Source: Octopus sinensis
Lineage: Eukaryota
Length of the DNA: 64,000 nt
Assembly: GCF_006345805.1 (NCBI RefSeq)
Contig: NC_043006.1
Coordinates: 104,222,001-104,286,000, forward strand
Reading direction: 5' to 3'
Shown here: piece by piece, positions 1 to 11,605 of the stretch
How positions within the stretch are numbered: position 1 is the stretch's first letter
Layout: every line of letters begins with the position of its first letter
Program-made: the position numbers and the translations under genes
Notes under the pieces: generated by a model
The model's input: only the letters and a program-made list of their open reading frames with translations
Databases searched by the model: none
Told to the model about the DNA's origin: nothing

Positions 1-44
1 ATGTCAAGCCAAATCATGTTTATCTGCATCTCACTTTCTTTCTC

Positions 45-301
45 TTCCTCTCTCTCTCTCCCTCTTTCCCTCTCTCATTCTGTATAGTCTTCGATGAAAA
101 AAAGTGTATTAGTATGCGTATTAGCACCAATTTTTTTCCGTCGATGACTCATATGCCCCAATAGTAGACGATTTTCTGTAACCAATAAATGGTCCACATT
201 TCTAAACTTAAGCGTATAATTATATTTACAAAATTTTTACTCGTCACCGTTTCCTAACTTACACACACACAATCACACACACACAATCACACACACCACA
301 C

Positions 302-335
<34 letters not shown>

Positions 336-452
336 CACAAACATACATACATACACACGCACAAACATACATACATACATACATACCTAAATACATATAC
401 ATACATATATATATATAATAAAACAGGAATTGGATAATTTATTGTTTAGAAC

Positions 453-489
<37 letters not shown>

Positions 490-703
490 TAATAATAATA
501 ATCATTATTATATGTTATATATATATATATATACATATATATATAGGTATATATATATACATATGTATATATATATATATGTATATATATACATATATAT
601 ATATACATATATTATATATATATACATATATACATATATATACATATATATATCATATATATATATATACATATGTATATATATACATATGTATATGTAT
701 ATA
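45..703. repeat. Compound microsatellite block (CT)n, (CA)n, (TACA)n, (TAA)n, (TA)n
   Basis: Directly visible. ORFs 387-765 are translations of it. Confidence 0.95.
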
Positions 704-1979
704 CGAGGGACGTTCAATAAGTAATGCCTCTGACCCACTTCCAGTTGTTTGATATAGCTGTGCAATCATTTATATCTCTATAGAGTAAGTGGCAAATTAC
801 AGCTCTGAATTAATTGTGGTTTCCGATTTACAGGTGTTTGAACCGAGTCAAGTGTGAAATGGAGCCTGTTGAGTGTCGAGCAGTGATCCGGTTTTTGTAT
901 TTGAAAGGACGCACACCACGGGAGACTTTTGATGAAATGAAAGTAACTTATGGTGATGATGCCCCATCATATGACCTTGTAAAACGCTGGCATCGTGAAT
1001 TCAAACATGGTCGGAACTCTGTGGAAACAGCTCCCAGATCTGGTCGCCCCTTCTGCCATTGATGAGGCATCTGTCCGTCAAGTTGAGGCTGCCATTTTGG
1101 AAGATCGACGCATAATTATTCGCCAAATAGCCCATGAGGTCAAGATTAGTACCGGGTCTCTGGAAACTATCATTCATGACCATTTGCATATGCAAAAGGT
1201 GTCTGCCAGATGGATACCCAGGTTGCTCACGCCTTTCCAGAAGCAAGAACGCGTCGAGTACTCGAGGGTGAATTTGGAGATGTGTCAAGACGATGAGTCA
1301 AAATTTTTCAAAAGACTGATTACACAGGATTAAACCTGGGTCCATCAAATGATCCAGAGACCAAAGCCCAGTCAATGCAGTGGAAGCACCGTGATCACCC
1401 CCTCCAAAGAAGGCAAGGGTGCAGCCCTCAGCTGGCAAGGTCATGCTCACAGTCATCTGGGACGAGGACGGAGTAGTGATGACAGATTTCCTGGCAAAGG
1501 GTACCACAATTGCAGGAGCCTATTATGCTTCACTTTTGAGGAAATTAAGAGAAGTTATCAAAATCAAGAGGCGGGGCAAGATCAGCAAAGGCATCCTCCT
1601 CCTGCAGGACAACGCTCCGGTCCACAACTCGCTTATCGCCAGATCAGAAGCACAGGCGTATGGCTATGAACTCCTCCCCATCGCCCCTACATTCCTGACC
1701 TTGCACCCTCTGATTTTCACTTCTTCCCAATCATGAAGTTGTTTTTGAAAGGAAAGCGTTTCCCAGATGATGCAGCCTTGATTTCTGAAGTCACGTTGAG
1801 GTTGGAGGACCAAGCTGGGTTCTTCTACAAAAACGGTCTCCAGAGCCGCATCAAACGATGGGAGAAATGCGTAACTCTGGGTGGTTCCTATGGCGAAAAT
1901 GACTAATAACTGTGTCAAGTTTCGTTGCTCTACTGCTATGGTAAGTGGGTCAGGGGCATTACTTATTGAACGCCCCTCG
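704..1979 (+). mobile_element. Full-length mariner (DD34D) DNA transposon, irritans-like, defective
   Basis: 37-bp TIRs cgagggacgttcaataagtaatgcctctgacccactt (704-740) and its reverse complement (1943-1979), 35/37 identical. TA duplication at 702-703 and 1980-1981. Length 1276 bp. Confidence 0.95.
859..1906 (+). pseudogene. Mariner transposase pseudogene
   Basis: MEPVECRAVIRFLYLKG..RSGRP, WIPRLL, ITQD*TW, LQDNAP, (S)PDLAPSDF, RWEKCV spread over ORFs 814-1062, 995-1333, 1349-1669, 1419-1736. About four frameshifts plus a TAA at 1331-1333. Confidence 0.93.
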
Positions 1980-2205
1980 TACCTATATATATATATATAT
2001 ACATATATATATACATGGTTTACGTCACAAGATTTAGAAACTTTGAGAGACGTAAAATAAATGATTTTTAACGATGAAACTCGAAGTAGTTAAAGCTATA
2101 AATAAAAGCGAGTAAATATTTAACGATGCCTAACTACATTTGCGTAATACAGCTTCACTCAATATCTTTATATAATTTACATCATTTTTAGCACTCACAT
2201 ACACG

Positions 2206-2282
<77 letters not shown>
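2206..2282. repeat. (GATA)n microsatellite
   Basis: Perfect array. Confidence 0.97.
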
Positions 2283-2283
<1 letters not shown>

Positions 2284-2879
2284 TACATTATATAAATATA
2301 TTGGTTGAAGCTATATTACGCAAATGTAGTTGCATAATGTTATTGCAATATCTTCAGATAAGCAGAATTCGCATATTTGTCTGCGCTGTTAAACTTATTA
2401 TTATACAATAATCATTCTGAAAATTAGTACGATTGTTCACAGACAGAACTGAAGCACTACTACGAAATTTATTGTACATAACAATAAGAACTTAATAGCT
2501 TTTTTCCTTACTATCTTAATTTTCTTAAACGCCATTTTATTACTAATTTATAGTATTATGTCATAAGTACATTACTAATGTAGTTAGTAGACCATGCGTT
2601 TCTGTTTTATAATACACTTTATCGATTTTACTGCTTGACTATGTGCTTGGCTTATTGATTCTGTGGAAGGGTAAACGGCAGATTTGACCTTGGTCAGATT
2701 TGAAATCAGAACGTAAAGATATGAAACTAAATATTTAAATATGAGTGAATGAGATATCATCTACGTGGTCGCACCAACTACCTGAAATAACCACCTGACC
2801 TACATCAATTAGCACACAATCGTCTTATGACAACAGGAAGAATACAGAAAGAAATTTATTTTTTAGATATATATATTAA

Positions 2880-3300
2880 GGCGGCGAGCTGCCAGAAATG
2901 TTTGTGTGCCAGCCAAAATGCTTTACAGTACGTTCTGAGTTCAAATTCCGCCGAGGTTGACTTTGCCTTTCATCCTTTCGGAGTCGATAAATTAAGTACC
3001 AGTTACGCACTGGGGTTAATGTAATCGACTTAATCCCTTTGTCTGTCCTTGTATGTCCTCTCTGTGTTTAGCCCTTTGTGGGCAATAAAGAAATAAGAAA
3101 TGTTTGTGCGCCAGTCAAAATGCTTTACAGTATTTCGTCTGTGTGTACTTTCTGATTTCGAATTCCGTCGGAGTCGATTTCGCCTTTGATCCTTTCGGGG
3201 TGGATAAAAAAAGGTACCAGTTGAGTACTAGGGTCGATGTAATGGACTACTCTCTCTATTAAAATTTCAGGCCTTGTCTCTTTAGTAGAAAGGATTATTT
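2880..3300 (+). mobile_element. tRNA-derived SINE family A, two units in tandem
   Basis: GGCGGCGAGCTG head, B-box-like GAGTTCAAATTCC, body GACTTTGCCTTTCATCCTTTCGG.GTCGATAAA, tail GTGGGCAATAAAGAAA. Many copies in the window. Confidence 0.85.
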
Positions 3301-3714
3301 AAATATATCATTCATAAGAGAAAAATGGTGAAATGCTAATATTTGGAATCTCTTTGTCGCAAGACATACTCCCTCGTGGCTGAACTGAGTAAAAGACCAT
3401 AATTATATTGGCTTCAAATTTTGGTATAAAGCCAGAAATTTCGGATGAGTGACTAGGGATGGATAAAAAAAGGTACCAGTTGAGTACTAGTGTCGATGTA
3501 ATGGACTATCCTCTCTATTAAAATTTCAGGCCTTGTCTCTTTAGTAGAAAGGATTATTTAAATATATCATTCATAAGAGAAAAATGGTGAAATGCTAATA
3601 TTTGGAATCTCTGTGTCGCAAGACATACTCCCTCGTGGCTGAACTGAGTAAAAGACCATAATTATATTGGCTTCAAATTTTGGTATAAAGCCAGAAATTT
3701 CGGATGAGTGACTA
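3201..3714 (+). repeat. Recent tandem duplication, period 259 bp
   Basis: 3201-3455 and 3460-3714 match with about four substitutions. Confidence 0.95.
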
Positions 3715-4559
3715 AGTCGCTTACATCGACTCCAGTGCTCAACTGGTACTTACTTTTTCCTAAAAGGATAAAAGACAAAGTCAAATTCGACGGAATTTTA
3801 ACTTAGAACATGAAGACGGGTGAAATGCTGGTGTTCAAACTGTTGACCAAAGTTACAATGCTAAGATTTGAATTTACAGCGCAAAGAGCCGCAATAATTA
3901 CTTTAACGATTCTGGGCGCCATCAAAGGGACAACACCAAAGATGGAGAAGGATGAGAAAAAAATAGAAAAGAAAAAGCAAAAACGGAAGACAAACTGGCA
4001 GTAATGAGTCCTACCCCACGCCCACCCAAGCCCACTTTGCCACACCTTTTCCCTACAACCACCGGTCCTCCAACCCCAGCCGACATGGAAAAAACTTGCA
4101 TGCACCCAGAGGTGTCCCAAAACTCCCAACACCCTCCCCGTAATATAGATAAAGAAAATAAAGTTACAAAATTAATAATGTTTTACGATCTAATGAACAA
4201 ACAATTGCTAAGTGAAATCAAAAGCTGGGTAAGCACGACATTGGTAAATGTTTGGAATGAGATCCGCACGCATCTGGGGTGCGCGATAGTTAATTGAAAT
4301 GATAAAAAGAAATTGGACAATCATGAATATAAAGTCAAATACGAAGAAATGAAAATGGACGAAAAAGAGTTACCATATATGATAATTGCTGGAAAATTAA
4401 AATCCGACTTTAATTTTAACGTTACAAACTTGTTTTAAAAAGCAATCAAAAGTGAAATGATGGCACCTGGATGTGGAGCCGAGCATCATCATTACATCTT
4501 TCATTTTCCCATTTCACCCTTTCATCCGTAGTCCCCTACCCACATGTTTGTATTGTTTT

Positions 4560-5000
4560 TTATTGCCCCCTCTGTATTTCGCCTCCTGTGGGTAATAAAG
4601 AATTCCGAATCGTTAGTCCGTCGGGCAAAGTGCTTAGCGGCATTTCGTCTGTCTTCACGTTCTAAGTTCAAATTCCGCCGAGGCTCACTTTGCCTTTCAT
4701 CCTTTCGTGGTCGGTAAAATAAGTACCTGTCGAGCACTGGGGTCGATGTATCCGACTTTCCTCGAAATTGCTGTTCTTGCGCCAAAACTTGAAATCAGTA
4801 TCAATCTGCATAATTAACGTTCTGAGTTCAAATTCCACCGAGGTCAATTTTGCTTTTCGCCTATTCGGGATCGATAAATTAAGTATCAGTCGATCCATGA
4901 GATCGATGTAATCGAGTTAAACTATCCCCTAAAATTACTGGCCTTGTGCCAAAATGTGAAACCAATATTAGTGTCGTTCGTAAGGTTTCGAGCTGGCAGA
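4560..5000 (+). mobile_element. Cluster of SINE family A fragments
   Basis: Repeated ACGTTCT.AGTTCAAATTCC.CCGAGG motifs at about 4660 and 4820, and a head at about 4990. Confidence 0.8.
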
Positions 5001-5819
5001 ATCGTTAGCAAGCCTTAAAAATACATATCTACCTTCGTTCCTCTAGAATCGGAGGCGATACTCTGTAATGTATCATGAACATAGTACTCAGTAAGATATA
5101 ATGATTATCAAATTCCTATTCCACGGATTTCTTCTAAATTCAATCAATAAAATCATTGCTCCTGAAATGCATCGCATCCCAAACCAACATGGGGAACACT
5201 ACTGAGAAATGGACTCCAAAAATGAAGCAACTTCTGGTGGTACCTTCTCGTCGCACCTCTGTCACTTTTACTTTCACCACCCTTAGACCATGGTATATCA
5301 GAGTTATCAGTAATCTTCATTTTAGAGTTGTGGTTGCATTTTCTTTGGTATTTTTCCTTAGTTGGAAATCTCACTTCAGCTATACCAGAGCCACTGCATC
5401 ATCCCTCCTCGAGTAACGTACGGTTTTATTCCAGAGATTGGTCCCTGCGTAGCCCACTGGAATCGCCTTGTTTAAAATGAAATGCATTTGTAGATAATTG
5501 TTTCTAACCGATATCCACACCGTTTGCTCGCTATACTTATAAACACACACACCTATATATAATCAGAATAGCGTAGTAGACATTAAGCATAATAACATCA
5601 AACGGAATTTAAAAAAAAAGCTCAAATAGAAGGGAACGCTAGGAATTTAAATGTCATGAAAAGCGAACCAACCCAATTTAACATGGTTAATAACATCAAA
5701 TCAAATCAAATTTCAGCTTGAATTAGGAGAAAGATAACGTTATCTAAAGGATTAAATAATAATAAAGAACTTTGTGGAAATGAATTTAATTCTACGATGA
5801 ATGATTAAATTAAAACTAA

Positions 5820-6160
5820 GTCTGAGAGAAATATAAAAGATTATCTTTGCAATTGTTCTAAACCGGAATCCTGTTATGTGGGAAATGAGTGTAAGACTAA
5901 AAGTGTAAGACTAGAAGATGTAAAGTTACATCTGAAGGTAAGGAATTCTTTCACGTCGATGGGACATCGTTAATTTTCAAGAGGAGACTGGCAAACCACT
6001 TGAGTTCAGTTAAAGACAAAAATATAGGCTCCAAATGAGTTTTAGCAAATTAATCTGGTCTTTTAATGAGTGTAACAAAGTCTATACTATGAAATGGGAA
6101 TTAATCTGTACTGCAAAAGATTACAGGCGCGGAACCAAAAGCTGTGACAAGAAGCATTTC
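5820..6160 (+). pseudogene. Penelope-like element GIY-YIG endonuclease remnant
   Basis: CNCSKPESCYVGNECKTKSV at 5848, then by frameshift FHVDGTSLIFKRRLANHLSS, then FSKLIWSFNECNKVYTMKWELICTAKDYRRGTKSCD (ORF 6035). The Cys-rich linker and FKxRxxNH pattern are typical of PLE endonucleases. Confidence 0.7.
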
Positions 6161-6300
6161 TACCCAAAGCACTTTCCTTGCATAATGGAACGGCAGCTGA
6201 TTTGCCTGGATGAAACCTCAAATGTCGCTACGTCAATACCAGTATATACCAATACTCGTCTGAAACGCCTAGCCGATAACAGACCGAGAACATTTTATTC

Positions 6301-6344
<44 letters not shown>

Positions 6345-6370
6345 ATATATATATATATATATATTTATAT

Positions 6371-6455
<85 letters not shown>

Positions 6456-6494
6456 CATACAAACCTTTGACTCTGCAACAATGTATATAAATTC

Positions 6495-6900
6495 CCGACT
6501 AGGAATGACCAAGTTTAAAAATCTGCTGGATCTCACTCCTAAGGGAATCTTACATTGCTTATTAAACTCTATATTTGGAAGGACTCATTTTAAACTCTAT
6601 TGGACTTTTGGACTTTACTCATAGGATATTGAAATATTGCATATATACCATTATGCCTATAAAATGGATTTACAACTTCAACACCCATACATATCTTGCA
6701 TCTATTTTCTTTCTTCCACCTCACTCTCTATTTTGTATCACATATTAACTAACTATGACTTAACCATCCTCTCACACCGTCTCCGATGAAGGGATATTAT
6801 TAATTAATATCCTAGAAACAGCTGTAAGACCTTCTATCTATAAATGCTCTAATATCTATACAGCCTTGGATTTTTTATCTTATTACGCAAAAATTTCTCA
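6495..6900 (+). mobile_element. Penelope-like element 3' end / pseudo-LTR
   Basis: Decayed C-terminal-like LDLTPKGIL, a pyrimidine-rich UTR, then a hammerhead motif. Flanked by microsatellites. Confidence 0.55.
6779..6830 (+). ncRNA. Minimal type-I hammerhead ribozyme motif (U4C variant)
   Basis: GTCT-CCGATGA-a-GGGATATT[attaatt]AATATCCT-a-GAAAC-AGCT-GTA-AGAC. Stem I 4 bp, stem II 8 bp, palindromic stem III ACAGCTGT. Confidence 0.75.
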
Positions 6901-6989
6901 TATATATATGTATGCATGGTTGTATGTTTGTATATGTATATATATGTGTGTGTGTGTATGTGTGTGTATGTGTGTGTGTGTGTGTGTGT

Positions 6990-7434
6990 TGAATAAAATA
7001 AGACAAAAAAACGAAGGCTGTGTGGAATTTATAGGACATTTATAAAGAGAAAAGTAGTCTTAGAGCTGTTTCAAGGATATTAGTGTTAATCCTTCATCAG
7101 AGACGATATGAGAGAGTTAAATAGAGGGAAATGGTAGAGTTCAGTATAAGGAGTTATTTTGGAGAAGGATGGATATGGGAAGTATAAAGGGCAAAAAGAG
7201 AATAAAAATAAAAGTAAATCAACAGGATATGGAAATTCTGTCTCCACAGTATCCACTCGTAATAACAAAATATGAACATGGACAAGAAGTATTTCTATCT
7301 TTAGCACTTTCCTCGGATAATGGAACTGCAACTATAACATCCTACATATATTTATACTTTTATTTTTATTCTCTTATTTCCCTTTATACTTCCCATATCC
7401 ATCCTTCTCCAAAATAACTCCTTATACTGAACTC
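6990..7434 (-). mobile_element. Penelope-like element end with internal 80-bp inverted repeat
   Basis: Hammerhead at 7057-7104. Segment 7137-7216 is the reverse complement of 7355-7434. Confidence 0.55.
7057..7104 (-). ncRNA. Minimal type-I hammerhead motif (G16.2C variant)
   Basis: Minus strand: GTCT-CTGATGA-AGGAT[taacactaat]ATCCT-t-GAAAC-AGCT-CTA-AGAC. Confidence 0.7.
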
Positions 7435-7729
7435 CATATACTGTGGTAGAATGTGTTTATAAAACATCTTTTTCTCTTGGCTTTCTTGAGAACATTCTAT
7501 AGTTTGTAAGATATTTGTTGTTTTTTCTTCAATTTCTGCAATTTCAACCAATCAATGACCGTCTATTGAGGTGAAAACATTCTGTGCGGTATGAAATAGA
7601 TTGGGTTTATTTACATTTCTGAAGAAAAAAAAAAAATCCCAAATTTTATTTAATTTGCTTTGCCGGAAGGACTGCTTCAACGAAGTCGCGTATTGTTCTT
7701 AGCTTCGAACGCGGAGTACATAAAACAGG

Positions 7730-7960
7730 GAGCAACTGATGATGGGAATGTTCTTTATGTTGCATGTCTCAGTTCTCTGGGTTTTTTTTCGTTGTTCAAA
7801 AATAAAAGTTCGTTTTTTATGTCTTTGTTTTTATGTTTTCGTTTCTCATTGTGTCCACGTTTTTTGATGTCCTGTACCCATATATGCATGTATATATACA
7901 TATATCTATATATTATCTATATTATTATATGATCGAACGCCACGCATCCTTTTCCAAGTA
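7730..7960 (+). repeat. Dispersed (TA)n-containing repeat family ending GTCCTGTACCCATATATGCATG
   Basis: Same motif and AACTGATGA start recur at about 25620-25860, 26305-26460 and 63480-63710. Confidence 0.75.
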
Positions 7961-7966
7961 AGCTTT

Positions 7967-8017
<51 letters not shown>

Positions 8018-8324
8018 TATATATATATATACATACATGTTATATATTATATTCTATATATTATATATATATATAAATGATGTGTTGATTAAAAGTTAGA
8101 GTCAACGTAGTCTAAAGACACAGCCAGATTTATTATTATATCATTAATTAATCAGTTTCCATTTCGTTTCAGAATCTACCTCATCTCCAAATATCTATAA
8201 TATATGAATGCATGTGTGCGCATGCGTGAGCGTGTGTATGCGTAGGGAGAGGAATTAAATAGTAATACTTTTATGCATTTGTTACATTAATTACAACACA
8301 CACACACATACAAATATGTATAGT

Positions 8325-8372
<48 letters not shown>

Positions 8373-8538
8373 ATAAACACGTGTGTGTTTTGTGTGTGTG
8401 TAAGTATGTATTCTCAAAGGTCCATGTTTTCAGTCTCAGTCTTTGCAACAGGGTGTGGGGGGTCTCTGCAAATACTAATCCCAATTACATCCTATACCCA
8501 CCGAATGCATATATATTAGATTACCTCCTGAGTAAGTA

Positions 8539-8577
<39 letters not shown>

Positions 8578-8989
8578 TAATACATGTGTCGTTGTATGCA
8601 TGTGTGTGTATGCATATATATATATATATATATATGAAGAACGAATTGAGAGAGGAAGAGAAGGAGAGAGAAAGGTCTATGTTTGTTAATTAATTATGAC
8701 TGCCTAATTAGTGATGTAATGGATCTGTCAGTTTCTTTTGACAAATTTAATTTTAAACTATGTTTCCCATGATGCTTTTGTAAAATATATGCTAATTGGC
8801 TCACTGAAAATTTCCCCATGAGCGAATTTGATCTCAGGCGAAACTTCTGCCGATTACCATTCAATAAAAAATATCAACTCTTGCCGAGCCATAGTATCAT
8901 AAGGCTTGTTTCCCGGATTTTCTGGAATATATATACACCCACTCGAGGTAGGACACTGGATTACTCATTTTTGACACCTCAATAGGCTT

Positions 8990-9205
8990 GGCTCTCTGGT
9001 AAGCAGCTTGCTTACCACTCATATATTTCCGGGTTCAGTCCAATTGTGTGGCACCTTGAGCAAGAGCCTTCGAATATTGCCGCTGGTCGACCAGAGATTT
9101 ATGAGTGGATTTGGTTTGACGGAAACTGGAAAGAAGCCTGTCGTATATATATGTGCGTATGTTTGTGTCTATGTTACTCCCCCTACCATCGCTTGACAAC
9201 TGATA
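8990..9205 (+). mobile_element. SINE family B (CORE-like), degraded
   Basis: tRNA-like head, GGCACCTTG.GCAAG, GTGGATTTGGT..ACGGAAACTG. Confidence 0.75.
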
Positions 9206-9249
9206 TTCTTTTCTACTCAAGGCACAAATCCCGAATTTTTGATGAGTGA

Positions 9250-9420
9250 ACCAGTCGATTCGATCGGCTCCAGAACGCAACTGGTACTGAATTTACCGAC
9301 CCCAAAAGGATGAAGGGCTAAGTCTACTTCGGCAAAATCTGAACTCAGAACATAAAGACAGACGAAATACCGCTAAGCACTTCGCCTGGCGCGCTAACGT
9401 TTCTGCCAACTCGCCGCCTT
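9250..9420 (-). mobile_element. SINE family A
   Basis: Reverse complement of the family A head and body. Confidence 0.8.
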
Positions 9421-9446
9421 GGTGTGCTTCTAACACCTTCACATGA

Positions 9447-9480
<34 letters not shown>

Positions 9481-9539
9481 ACGTATGTAACTATGTGTGA
9501 CTCTGTCTGAATGAAGCCAATCGTATATCAATCTATCTA

Positions 9540-9631
<92 letters not shown>

Positions 9632-9921
9632 TACATAAATATATATATACATATATACATATATATATACATATATAAATATACATATATATATATATAC
9701 ATATATATAATACAAAGTAAGAAAATGGAGGAATACACCTTAATCAATAATCAACTACCAGATAATACCCATTCACATAATTTATTAACCAACTACATAT
9801 GAACATCAAGGTCAAACACAATAATACAGAACAAAACAGTGCACATCAATGAGTAATATGATACAATAAGCATAATACATATAAATAAAGATAAATAAAT
9901 GTAGATATAAATATAAACTAT

Positions 9922-10048
9922 ATCTTACAGCTGTTTCAGCCATGTAGATATGAGTATCTCATTATGCTCATATTAGCCAGGTGTGATAAGTTAATATGTG
10001 GTTATAAATGAGACACTTACATATATATCCCAAGGCCTCTTCAGAGAT
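9922..10048 (-). ncRNA. Type-I hammerhead motif with intact core and 92-nt stem II insert
   Basis: Minus strand: ATCT-CTGAAGA-GGCC[92 nt]GGCT-GAAAC-AGCT-GTA-AGAT. Confidence 0.65.
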
Positions 10049-10684
10049 TATAAAGTGCAATCCAAATATGAATACAAGAGAAGGTACTTCGGCGAAATGT
10101 GAACTCAGAATGTTATGGTTGGACTAAATGCTGGAAAACATTTTGCCCGTTGTGTTAATGATTCTACCAGCAAATCGCCTTCAAACAGCTCAAATAGCAT
10201 AGAATGTAAAAATGAATAATACATACTCTCAGATGCACGCACTCCCATCACACGCTCATATCACACACATACTCTCTCTCTCTTCACATCACACGCTCAT
10301 ATCACACATACACACTCTCTCTTCTTCTTCTTCTTCTTTCTTCTTTCTTCTTCTTCTTCTTCTTTCTTCTTTCTTTTTCTTCTTCTTCTTTTCTTTCTCC
10401 TGTCTCTAATTTCTCTCTCACTTATTTCCATCTCTTCTCTTTCTCTTTCTCCTCTCTCTTCTCTCATTCCATCTCTCTTCTCTCCTCTTCTCTAGTCTCT
10501 CTCTCCTTTCTTTCTTTCTCTCTCTCTCATACACTTTTCCTCTCATACTGAAAGCACTATATTCCCACACACCCCTCTCACAAACAGACAAGCACAATCC
10601 CTTTGTATTCATCTCACTGCCAGTCACTTTCACAGGCTCACACTCCCTCCCACCTCTCTCAGATACACATACTTATCTTTCCTG

Positions 10685-10890
10685 TCACACAGAGAAGACA
10701 AACAAGGACAGACAAGCGGATTAAGTCGAGTATATCGACCCCAGTGCCTAACTGGTACTTATTTAATCGACCCCTAAAGTATGAAAGGCAAAGTCGACCT
10801 TGGCGGAATTTGAACTCAGAACGTAACGGCAGACGAAATACCACTAAGCATTTCGCCCGGCGTGCTAAGGTTACTGCCAGCTTGCCGCCT
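10685..10890 (-). mobile_element. SINE family A
   Basis: Near-complete reverse-complement copy. Confidence 0.85.
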
Positions 10891-11074
10891 TCCATACCTA
10901 AACGTTCACATACGACCAAGTTTTAGACACACATTTTTACTTATATAAAATACAAAAAAAACATGAGTACACGTAAATAAACCCGAACAAACATTCACCA
11001 GCAGAGAGAGGGAGAGGGGGGAGAGAATGAGAGAGAGACATGGGGTAATCAACACACACACACACATTCTTTCA

Positions 11075-11298
11075 TCCTTTTACTTGTTTCAGTCATTTGA
11101 CTGCAGCCATGCTGGAGCACCACCTTTTCATCGAAGAAATCACCCCCATGACTTATTCTTTGTTAGACTGGTACTTATCCTATCGTTCTCTTTTGCCGAA
11201 CTGCTAAATTAGGAGGATGTAAACACACTAACACTGGTTGTCAAGCAATGTGTGTGTGTATATATATATATATACATACATACATATATATATATATA

Positions 11299-11346
<48 letters not shown>

Positions 11347-11605
11347 TAAAAAAAAAACGAAGAAAAAACAACACGAGGACGTGGTACATGCGAAGTTTAT
11401 ATATATATATATATATGTATGGATGTATGTGTGTATACGACAGGCTTCTTTTCAGTTTGCGTCAACCAAATCCACGCCCAAGACTTTGGTCGGTTTCTGG
11501 TTATAGTAAAAGACGCTTGCCCAAGGTGCCACGCAGTGGGACTGAACTCGGAACTATGTGGTTAAGAAGCAAGCTTCTAACCACTCCAGCCATGCCTGCG
11601 CCTAC
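11075..11605 (-). mobile_element. SINE family B with expanded internal microsatellite
   Basis: Tail at 11075-11250, head at 11420-11605, (TA)n in between. Confidence 0.75.

Noticed and set aside
5150-5480. Coding-like segment with MLVWDAM resembling a Tc1 VMVWG motif
   Set aside because: Single weak motif, no TIRs, no other transposase signatures.
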